Shown one piece after another: positions 44,101 to 56,100 of a stretch of 64,000 nucleotides of DNA. Position 1 is the stretch's first letter; each line of letters opens with the position of its first letter. The translations under genes and the position numbers were made by a program. The stretch comes from Malacoraja senta (Eukaryota): the NCBI GenBank assembly GCA_038087875.1, contig CM075991.1, positions 11,842,001 through 11,906,000 of the forward strand, in the 5' to 3' direction. The notes beneath the pieces were generated by a model. The model was not told the origin of the DNA, ran no database searches, and saw only the letters and a program-made list of their open reading frames with translations.

Positions 44101-47100
44101 GGGTATAGGATAGTGTTAATGTGCAGGGATTGCTGGTTGGCGTGGACCCGGTGGGCCGAATGGGCCTGTTTCCATGCTGTATCTCCAAACTAAACTAAAC
44201 AAAATTGATATCTCTCCAATAACGCTTACCAATTTCTACTGACACACCAATATAATGCGATGTATTGGAATGTATCACAGGTTGATATGGCAATTGTTTG
44301 GTCCAACAAAAAATGGCAGAGTTGTGAAAGCAGCAGGTCCACCTTTAGATGTGTAGTCCAAACTTTAAATGTGAAGCATTCATTAGCCATTTGAGTTACT
44401 TCTGTTTACCCTTTCTGCTTTCAATTTTGTATTCAGCTTGCTTTTAATTCTGCTACTTCTCATTCACTCCATATGTTCTATCATGGCTGGAATCTATTTT
44501 GCAATACCTTTTTGAAGGCCTTAGAATCAATTCCTGTTTTCAATAGAGTTGTGGTTCCGAACTTTTACAGTTATGCTGGAGGTTCAACTTTTATAATTAG
44601 TGGTTTTTCTTTATTGGGATGCATCGCAGCTTGGTTTGGGGACAGCTCCATCCAAGACTGCTAGAAATGGCAGAGAAATGTGGATGCAGCCCAGACCATC
44701 ACACAAACCAACCTACCCTCCCTTCCGTTGGCAAGGTCACCAGCATAATCAAGGACGAGTTGAACTCCCTCTTCTCCCCTCTCCCATCAAGCAAGAGGTA
44801 CCAAAGTGTGAAAACGCACCCCATTCAGCGACAGTTTCTTCCCAGCTGTTATGAAGCAACTGAACCACCCTACTGGATAAGTAGACAACTGGGATTCTTT
44901 AGACTTTAGACAGCACAGTGGCGCAGCAGTAGAGTTGCTGCCTTGCAACGCCAGATCCCCAGGTTCGATCCTAACCACGGGTGCTGTCTGTATGGAGTTT
45001 GTACATTCTCTCTGTGACCACATGGGTTTTCTCCGGGCACTCCGATTTCCTCCTACATTCCAAAGACATAGAGGTTTTCATGTTATTAGGCTTCTGTAAA
45101 TTGTCCCTCGTGGGTAGGATATGAAACTGGGATAACATGGAAACATAGAAACATAGAAACATAAAAAATAGGTGCAGGAGTAGGCCATTCGGCCCTTCGA
45201 GCCTGCACCGCCATTTGATATGATCATGGCTGATCATCCAACTCAGTATCCCATCCCTGCCTTCTCTCCATACCCCCTGATCCCTTTAGCCACAAGGGCC
45301 ACATCTAACTCCCTCTTAAATATAGCCAATGAACTGGCCTCAACTACCTTCTGTGGCAGAGAATTCCACAGATTCACCACTCTGTGTAAAAAATGATTTC
45401 CTCATCTCGGTCCTAAAAGTCTTCCCTCTTATCCTTAAACTGTGACCCCTAGTTCTGGACTTCCCCAACATCGGGAATAATCTTCCTGCATCTAGCCTGT
45501 CCAACCCCTTAAGAATTTTGTAAGTTTCTATAAGATCCCCCCTCAGTCTTCTGAATTCCAACGTGTACAAGCCGAGTCTATCCAGTCTTTCCTCATATGA
45601 AAGTCCTGCCATCCCAGGAATCAGTCTGGTGAACCTTCTCTGTACTCCCTCTATGGCAAGAATGTCTTTCCTCAGATTAGGAGACCAAAACTGTACGCAA
45701 TACTCCAGGTGTGGTCTCACCAAGACCCTGTACAACTGCAGTAGAACCTCCCCGCTCTTATACTCAAATCCATTTGCTATGAATGCTAACATACCATTTG
45801 CTTTCTTCACTGCCTGCTGCACCTGCATTCCTACTTTCAATGACTGGTGTACCATGACACCCAGGTCTCGTTGCATCTCCCCTTTTCCTAATCGGCCACC
45901 ATTCAGATAATGGTCTACTTTCCTGTTTTTGCCACCAAAGTGGATAACCTCACATTTATCCACATTATACTGCATCTGCCATGCCTTTGCCCGCTCACCC
46001 AACCTATCCGTCACCTTGCAGCCTCCTAGCATCCTCCTCACAGCTAACACTGCCCCCCAGCTTCGTGTCATCCGCAAACTTGGAGATGTTGCATTCAATT
46101 CCTTCATCCAGATCATTAATATATATTGTAAATAGCTGGAGTCCCAGCACTGAGCCTTGCGGTACCCCACTAGTCACTGCCTGCCATTCTGAAAAGGACC
46201 CGTTTACCCCTACTCTTTGCTTCCTGTCTGCCAGCCAGTTCACTATCCACATCAATACTGAACCCCCAATACCATGTGCTTTAAGTTTGTATGCTAATCT
46301 CTTATGTGGGACCTTGTCGAAAGCCTTCTGAAAGTCCAGATATAACACATCCACTGGTTCTCCCTTATCCACTCTACTAGTTACATCCTCGAAAAATTCT
46401 ATAAGATTCGTCAGACATGATTTACCTTTCATAAATCCATGCTGACTTTGTCCAATGAACTCACCACTTTCCAAATGTGCTGCTATCCCATCTTTAATAA
46501 CTGATTCCAGAATTTTCCCCACCACCGATGTTAGACTAACTGGTCTGTAATTCCCCGTTTTCTCTCTCCCTCCCTTTTTAAAAAGTGAAATTACATTAGC
46601 TACCCTCCAGTCCTCAGGAACTACTCCAGAGTCTAAAGAGTTTTGAAAAATTATCACTAATGCATCCACTGTTTCTGCGGCTACTTCCTTAAGTACTCTG
46701 GGTTGCAACTTATCCGGCCCTGTGGATTTATCGGCCTTTAATCCATTCAATTTACCTAACACCACTTCCCGGCTAACCTGGATTTCACTCAGTTCCTCCA
46801 TCTCATTTAACCCCCGGTCCCTTGCTATTTCCGGCAGATTATTTATGTCTTCCTTAGTGAAGACAGAACCAAAGTAATTATTCAATTGGTCTGCCATGTC
46901 CTTGTTCCCCATGATCAATTCGCCTGTTTCTGACTGCAAGGGACCTTGTGCTTGGGTGATCATTGGCCTGCGCAGACTCGGTGGGCCCAAGGGCTTGTTT
47001 CCATGCTGCATCTCTAAAATAAAATAAAATAAATTCCAAAGTAATGTTTATATTCAAATGCACTAGACTCTTTATAATTTCTTGGGAACTTTATTTTCAA

Positions 47101-50100
47101 AAAGAAAATAAATCTCTCTGAAAGGAGAAACAAAGTCAACCTGTATAGGAAGGAACTGTTTAAACCGAAGATAGACACTCAGCGGGACAGGCAGCATCTC
47201 TGGAGAAAAGGGATGGGTGACGTTTCGGGTCGAGACCCTTTTTCAGACTGATCAGATTCAGTCTGAAGAAGGTTCTCGACCCAAAACATCACCCATTCCT
47301 TCTCTCCAGAGATGCTGCCTGTCCCGCTGAGTTGCATTTTGTGTCTAACAAAGTCAATATTTCAGGTTAAGATCAATCACCTAGTTACATTAATTCTTTT
47401 GCTCTGACCGCAAGGCTGATGGCCTGATGATTTTTTCCAGCATCTTCGGTTTATCTCAGATTTGCCGCTTTCTTGCGGCAGCTGAGGAAACACATAATCT
47501 GCCACAGGCAATGATGGTCCAATTCTATACTGCCATCGTAGAGTCTGTCCTCACCTTCTCCATCATGGTCTGGTTTGGCTCAGCCACCAAGCACGACATC
47601 CGGAGGCTGCAACGAATCGTTCGATCAGCGGAGAAGATTGTTGGCTGCAACCTTCCCCCCCCACCATCGATGAACGGTACACTGCAAGGGCCAGGAAGCG
47701 AGCGGGTAAGATCGTCTCTGCCCCTCTCACCCTGGCACTTCCCTTTGGAAGGCGACTCCGGACTGTCAAAGCTGCCACAGCCAGCCATAAAAACAGCTTT
47801 TTTCCACGAGCAGTAGCACTACTCAATAACCAAAAGTCTGTAGCCTCCTTTTGCTCTGGTATTTTATTTCATTCACATGTTTAAACTATAATGTTTATTC
47901 TGAATGTTTTAATGTTTAATGTTTTGTTCTTAATTGTTTACTGTATGTCGTGTTGTTACTTGCGAGCGGAGCACCAAGGCAAATTCCTTGTATGTGTACA
48001 TACTTGGCCAATAAACTTCATTCATTCATTCATTAGTTCATTAATTAATTCATTCATTCATTCATCTGCAGTGTTTTGCTTTTGAAAAGGTTTGAAATTC
48101 ATGTTGCTGCCAAGCCCAAAGGCATGAGATGATTTATGGAGAACTTGAAAAAGAATATCTACCTGGCCGTCTGCTCCTGTAAAAAACTTTTGTTTTTTTA
48201 TTATTGAAGTGGGTGGGGTGAAGATCAATGAAAACGAAATGATCAGTACAGCTGCTGACATGCCTGAGGCTATGGCTGCACTCCCATTAAAACCTTTTGG
48301 TTTTATGCCATATGCATTGCCCTCCATAATGTTTGGGACAAATACCCATCATTTATTTATTTGCCTCTGTACTCCACAATTTGAGATTTGCAATAGAAAA
48401 AAATCACATGTGGTTAAAGTGCACATTGTCAGATTTTAATTAAGGCCATTTTTATACATTTTGGTTTCACCATGTAGAAATTACAGCAGTGTTTATACAT
48501 AGTTTCCCCATTTCAGGGCACCATTATGTTTGGACACAGCAATGTCATGTAAATGAAACTAGTCATGTTTAGTATTTTGTTGCAAATCCTTTGCATGCAA
48601 TGACTGCTTGAAGTCCGTGAGTCTTGGACATCAACATTTGCTGGGTGACTTCTCTGGTGCTGCTCTGCCAAGCCTGTATTGCAGCCATCTTTAGCTTATG
48701 CTTGTTTTGGGGGCTAGTCCCCTTCAGTTTTCTCTTCATCATATAAATTCAGATCGGGTGATTGACTTCACCACTCAAGAATTGACCATTTTTTAGCTTT
48801 GAAAAACTCCTTTGTTGCTTTAGCAGTGTGTTTGGGATCATTGTCTTGCTGTAGAATTAACTGCCGGCCAATGAGTTTTGAGGCATTTGTTTGAACTTGA
48901 ACAGATAGGATGTGTCTATACACTTCAGAATTCATTATGCTACTACCATCAGCAGTTGTATCATCAATGAAGATAAGTGAGCCAGTACCATCAGCAGCCA
49001 TACATGCCCAGGCCATAACACCCCCACCACCGTGTTTCACAGATGAAGTGGTATGCTTTGGATCTTGGGCAATTCATTCTCTCCTTCATACTTTGCTCTT
49101 GCCATCACTCTGATATAAGTTAATCTTCATCTCATCTGCCCACAAGACCTTTTTTCCAGAACTGTGGTTGCTCTTTTAAGTACTTCTTGGCAAACTGTAA
49201 CCTGGCCATCCTATTTTTGCAGCTAACCAGTGGTTTGCATCTTGCAGTGTAGCCTCTGTATTTCTGTTCATGAAGTCTTCAGCGGACAGTGGTCATTGAC
49301 AAATCCACACCTGTCTCCTGAAGAGTGTTTTTGATCTGTCGGACAGGTGTTTGGGGATCTTTCTTTATTATAGAATTCTTCTGTCATCAGCAGTGGAGGT
49401 CTTCCTTGGCCTGCCAGTCCCTTTGCGATTAGTAAACTCACCAGTGCTCTCTTTCTTCTTAATGATGTTCCAAACAGTTCATTTTGGTAAGCCTAAGGTT
49501 TGGCTGATGTCTTTAACAGTTTTATTCTTGTTTTTCGGTCTCATAATGGCTTCTTTGACTTTCATTGGCACAACTTTGGTCCTCACGTTGATGAATAGCA
49601 ATAAAAGTTTCCAAAGGTGATGGAAAGACTGGAGGAAAGACTAGGTGCTGAGAGCTCTCTTATACCTGCGTTAAGTTGGCAATTAAACACACCTGAGCAA
49701 TTACAAACACTGGTGAAGCCATGTGTCCCAAACATTATGATGCCCTGAAATGGGGGGGGACTGTGTAAACACAGCTGTAATTTCTACATGGTGAAACCAA
49801 AGTGTATAAAAATGGCATTTAATCAAATCTGACAATGTGCACTTTAACCACATGTGATTTTTTTTCTATTACATATCTCAAATTGTGGAGTACAGAGGCA
49901 AATAAATAAATGATGGGTCTTTGTCCCAAACATTATGGAGCGCACTGTATGCTGGATGTGGTTCATGTATAATTATGCAATTTAATTACAGGGCTGTTTA
50001 CTTGAAATTGGTTTTAGATGGCGTTAAAAGAGGAAATTTGCATAAATATTTTGAGTGTTGATGTGAGGGTTGTGGCTGTTACAAAATGTGCTTTGAGGTC

Positions 50101-53100
50101 TGCCAATTTGGATTACCATAAACCAGCTTAATGACCGCAGTCAGCACGTGAAGAAAGAAACGGTTATTCTGATTTATGTAGTCTCCATAAGGTGCTTGTG
50201 ATGTTCCTTCAACAGCAGAGAAATTATTTGTTCTCATCCTCTGTCTGAAGAAGGGTCTCGGCCCGAAACGTCACCTATCCATGTTCTCCAGCACTCGGTG
50301 TCCGTTTGTGTATTAACCAGCATCTGCAGTTCTTTGTTAGGGCATAAAGTCCTATGGGCTGCACAGTGGATGTGAATGCAGTCCTGAGTAACGTGCCCTT
50401 CCTGGGCCAACACTTACTCACCTTTCTCTTAACACGAGCGAGAACTGATAATGTCACAGCACAGCACAGCAGCAGGCCCTTCAGCCTCAATATCCATGTC
50501 CCCATTGTACCCATCCATGCTAATCTCAGTCATCCACATTAAGTCCGTAGCCTTCTCTGCCTTGGCGATTCAGGTATTTGTCTCTTGATTCTTCCTAAAT
50601 ATTGTGTGTGTGTGTGCATGTGTCTGCGCGTCTCTGTGCCCGTCTCTGCGGGGTCTGTGCGTGTGTGTGTGCCTCTCTGTGCCCGTCTCTGCGGGGTCTG
50701 TGCGTGTGTGTGTGTCTGCGTGTATACCTTCACCATCTCTAGAACAACATATTTCAGACTGCAACAATCCTCTGTAACAAAAAGTCCCCTCGCATTGGTG
50801 TGACGCCTGTATGGTGGTGAGTAGTCGCCCAAAGAGTCGTACCTTTTTCTGGTCGCCGCTGGATTTTCAACACGTTGAAAATTTTCCGACGACCTGCAGC
50901 GACTATGACGGGTGCCGGCAGTGGCCGAATTAAACACGTAAGTGGGACAGGCACATAAGCATGCAACAACCCTGTAGGTATGCACGCCTGTAGCAGTGAT
51001 GAGGAAATGAGATTTGAGAGCTACATACCATGAAGAAGGATAGGAAGGGCTTTCACAATAGAAAAAAGAATTGCAGGATGCGGTCTCTCCAAACCCTGTG
51101 AATGGTATGCTTTGTAGGAAGCAGGAGACTTCTAGCTAATTGTATGCAGGTCTCAGTTTGGCCTGATAATTGATTTAATTGTTACTTTGAACTCAGCAGC
51201 TACTTCTTGAAAGTAGAGGTTTAATGAAACGCAATGCTTGCAGCTGTAATTTACAGACTCGATGAAAAATCTTGTACAAATTGTTAAAGGTAATTTTACA
51301 TGCACTGACGTTATTTTTGAAGTACCTGAATACATAGGTGTCAAATATAATTGATTTAATGTTGTACATGTAACTGCCCCAAACCAATTTCATTTAGTAT
51401 CTCAGAACAGAAAGAAGTTTTTTATTCCTTTAATCATTTTAAGCTTTTAACGTATTGGTTAAAAATGTAAAAATCCATCAAAGTTTTCAAATCTTCATGT
51501 TAATATTCTTCAGAGCAATAATATAACGGTGGAGTTCAAAATACTTGACCTCGCTGTAAGGAGCTGAATGGTGCTGGTCTGGCCTAGAATTGTCAGTGGC
51601 GCAGTGGTAGAACTGCTGCCTCACAGCGCCAGAGACCCAAGTTCGACCCTGACTATGGATGCTGTCTGTGCGGAGTTTATATGTTCTCCCTGGGTTTCCT
51701 CCCACATTCCCAAAACGTGCGGGTTTGTAGGTTAATTGGCCCCAGTGTGTAGGATGCAAAAGTGGGATAACATAGAACTAGTGTACGGAAATAGACACAA
51801 AATGCTGGAGTAACTCAGCGGGACAGGCAGCATCTCTGGAGAGAAGGAATGGGTGACGTTTCGGGTCGAGACCCTTCTTCACACTGATGCAGAAGTGCAG
51901 TGTAGTTCGGTGTGGTGTCGTTCAGACTAGTGTATGGAAGATGGATGGTCGGAGTGGACTCAGTGGGCCAAAGGGCCTATTTCCATGCTGTATCTCTAAC
52001 ACTAATCTACCGGAGAAGAGAACTAATCTCACTTGCCTTCTGTACCGGTACCGGTTGGACAGTGAAGTCTGAGTGACGACTAGGTTTCAGCGATGCAGGG
52101 CTCAACATTTGTTCTCTGATATTTAAAAACACAAAATCTTTAAAATAACTAAAACATCAAAAAAGAAAACTCATCTTTCTCTCCCCGTTCAAACCCATCA
52201 GAGTCTTTAGAATCTCAGATCTAAATTGTGTCTGAGTGTTGATACTGCTGTGGATTGGAGGGTAGTGATGAATTTGCTGCTATATATTAGTCAATATGTT
52301 TTGGAATTCTGCAATGGTAAATTCAGTCCAAAACTTACTCAAATGTAAACAGTTAACAGTTGCCAGTAATATTTAGCCCAATCATTTAAGCGATGGATCC
52401 ACCAGAATCACTGCGATCCAGACCACATTTATCTGATGGAGAAAAGGAATGGGTGACGCTTCGGGTCGAGACCTTCTTCAGAATGAGGGTCAGGGGAGAG
52501 GGAAAATAGAGATATGAAAAGTGTTCCTTTTTCCGCACTGAATCTCCAAACTAAACTAAACTAAAAGAAAGTGACAAAATAGCTAGCCTGCCATTCTTGG
52601 CTTCACGTTTCTGGCAACTTGTTCGATAAGTTTTTTGCTAAAATGAAAATTTTGCAAAACCCTGAAATAAAATGATTTTTAATCATATCCATACACTATC
52701 ACTTTTTAATTGTAACCTATTTCTCAGCGGAAAGAGCCATGACCACTTTTTGTAATAAAAGTGGATGCCGGGTGGTATGGATTGTGGTTAATTGTAACTG
52801 AGCTAAATTGAATACAGTGTTATTAGTGGTGAGGCAGCTGCTGCCTGTTGGTCTGTTTAGAATGAACAATTATCAGATAGTTGTGCATCTTTGAAGTGCT
52901 GGTTGAGACGTTTGCCTGAAGCTTTGATAGTGGAGGCATCGATCAGGCAATAGTCTGTTTTACTACCTTGTCTGAATATTGATTGCCCGTTGAATCACAG
53001 CATTGCAACTTGCAGTCTCTGCTTCCTTGCTTACCTGCTGGAGCAGCCGGCCCAAGAAGTCTTTTTGTGACAGCTGCTTTGGAGACACCGATGGGGAAGT

Positions 53101-56100
53101 ATTATTAAGTTTTGAACAACCGAGCCATTGTAAACTTCATTTGGCTGAGACCGACCTTCCCTTACTGTGGTCTTACAGTAACCCTAATATCCTGATTTGA
53201 CCTATATGTTTCCAGACCCTTGCTGTGACAATAAAGGGCCTGCCCCACTTACGCGATTTTTTTCGGCGACTGCCGGCACCCGTCATAGGTCGCCAAAAAT
53301 GTTCAAAATGTGGGGTGACGCCTGTATGGTTGTGAGTAGTCGCCCAAAGAGTCGTACCTTTTTCTGGTCGCTGCTGGATTTTCAACATTTCAAAATTTTT
53401 CGGCAACCTGCTGCGACTATGACGGGTGCATAGGAGGTGGTCAGTGAGATTGCCACAAACTAAAGGCAAATCTCCAGTCATGGAGGTGTCCATTTATTGC
53501 GCTGCCTTTAATGATGAGGATCAAAGAGTCCCTGAACTAGTTGGCCCATTGATCATTACAAGGTGACAACCACTACACATCTCAGTTTGTAACTCACCAT
53601 TTCATAATGGATATCATAAAGGCTTTTTAACTGGGTACAGTCTTGACCTTCTCACATCAAGAGTAACTGGCAGCATGGGTTTCTCAAAAGAGTCAGTTTT
53701 GTGATAGACTGAACCCACAGGATGCCCAGAGCTCCACCTAGAACCACATGGTATATCTAAACGACCACCTGAACTAAAAATCATAGCCTCAAACACATTG
53801 TTCCTTCATGAGACTGACATAAGGTCTTTGCTCACAGAAGATTCTCAGCAGGAACAAGAACTAGCTAAAAAAATCTCGAAAGAGAGTTGGGATAAACACT
53901 TGTTATATGTGCATAAATGCTCGATTAATGTAAGACACATTCTAATTCACTTTAAAATTTTACATAGATTATACTATTCAAAAGCTAAAATAAGTAAATT
54001 TTACCCAAATGTCTCTTCTATATGTGATAAATGTCTAACCCAAGAAGCAACTATAGCACATTCTTTTGTTTTTTGTATAAAATCCAAACATTTTGGAATG
54101 AAATCTTTGAAATTTTCACAAAATTATTTAAAATAAAACTGAAACTGAATGCAGAACTGATCATTTTTGGAACAATCGAAGCCAGTTTGGAGCTGACTTC
54201 GTTTCAAAAGAGCTTTCTTAATTGTGGCTTAATAATGGCAAAAAACCTATACTGAAATTTTGGAAAAACGCTCCCACGGCAACGATAAAAATGTGGATTT
54301 CTAATATGTCGGAACTGTTACACCTAGAAGATATGAGATTCCTCTTAGCAGGTAAACCAGACCATTTCCAAAAGATTTGGTCTCCATTTATCGACTTATT
54401 ACAAATATAGGGTGCAACAAAATGTTGATAATAAATGGTTTCAGGACCTGGTGAGGGGTGAGTAAAGATATGAAGTAGGTACATCCCTTTTATCTTATCT
54501 TATCTTATTTTCTTTTTTATCTTTTTCCTTTTTTTCTTTTTGTTTAACTCTTTCTTGTGGTTTAAGTCCCCATGGGTGTTCCTGGACCACTCTTTCACTC
54601 ACTCACTTACTATCTCTGCTAACTCTCTCTATCCTTTTTCTTATTAAAGTTTAAAATAAGAAGTGGTACAAGAAATGTGTAATTTTAAGTTTGTTTGAGA
54701 TTACTGCACTGTACAATACTTATAATAAAAATAAAAAAATAAAAAATAAAATTTAAAAAAAAGAAGATTCTCAGCAGATCAGCCCTCGTTGTGTGCACTT
54801 TGTAAACAACTCTTGGTCGATGATCATTGGTGTTCAACTGTCAACAACATTGCATCGGTGAAGTAATAGGTGTCCTATTCCTTCTCTCCAGAGATGCTGC
54901 CTGTCCCGCTGAGTTACTCCAGCTTCTTGTGTCTATCTTCGGTGTAAACCAGCATCTGCAGTTCCTTCTTCTCATTCTATTTCTAATTCGTATTTGCATA
55001 ACACTTAAATTGTCAGTAATAAATCCCGAGGAAGATGGAAAAGGTCCATCAAACGACACGAATGAATTGGCGAAGCTCACGCAGGCGGCCTTTAATAAAG
55101 GAGCCATGTACAAGCAGCTGCTTGTAGATGCACTATTCTATGCTCAGTGTACATTGAGGAGGATTGCATATCTGTGGTTACTAATAAAACAAGGTTGGAT
55201 TATACTTAAGTAAAACATTTCTTCAGCATGTAAGTTATGAACAATGTCACTATCAGCATAGGCGTTGCAGTTTTAGAAAATAAATATGGATTTAACAAAA
55301 TAATATATCCTAGTTGAATAGAAAATTCAATTGATCTGTTGGCAGATCAATTTCCCTCCTGGGATAAATAAAGTTCTATCGTATTGTAAAAGTTCTGCAA
55401 AACCTGTAATGAACTGTTTCGAACTGCAGGAAATATATTCGATATATTTACACTTGCAACTATTTTTCAGATTGTTTCATAATGCTCATGGTCAGTTAGA
55501 ACTTATGAACAATACACCCATGTGTAGGAGGGAGATGCAGATATTGGTTTAGATGGAAGATAAACACAAAATGCTGGAGTAACTCAGCGTGACAGGCAGC
55601 ATCACTGGAGAGAAGGAATGGGTGATGTTTCGGGGCATTTGTGTCCATTGTTTCTGAATGAACAAAAATACTTTGGATTCAACACTTTTTTGCCTCTCAA
55701 ATGAAATTGCTCCTGTCAGAAACAGTTTGTTGTGCCCGGATGGAGCGTTGTACATGGATTTTCCAGGAGCTACCGTGTCTCTCAAGCTTAACACACACTG
55801 GTCGAAACGTCACCCATTCTTTCCGTCGATCCTGCCTCACCCACTGAGTTACTCCAGCATTTTGTGTCTACCTTTGCTTGTAAGGAGGTTGTACGTTCTC
55901 TCCGTGACCTGCGTAGGTCTTCTCTTGGCGCTCCGGTATCCTCCCACATTCCAAAGACGTACAGGTTTGTAGGTTAATTGGCTTGGCATAATTGGAAATT
56001 ATCTCTAGCATGTGTGGGATAGTGTGAGTGTGCGGTGATCGCTGGTCAGCGCGGACTCGGTGGGCCGAAGGACCTGTGATTTAAGTGTATTAAATATCAA

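Noticed and set aside
38400-44200. tRNA genes (A/B-box sequences at ~38440-38490, 40240, 43890 and similar sites)
   Set aside because: They are SINE heads followed by SINE cores and tails; no complete cloverleaf.
45136-49947. Autonomous active CR1 or Tc1
   Set aside because: The CR1 is 5'-truncated (no endonuclease) and frameshifted; the Tc1 transposase has stops and deletions.
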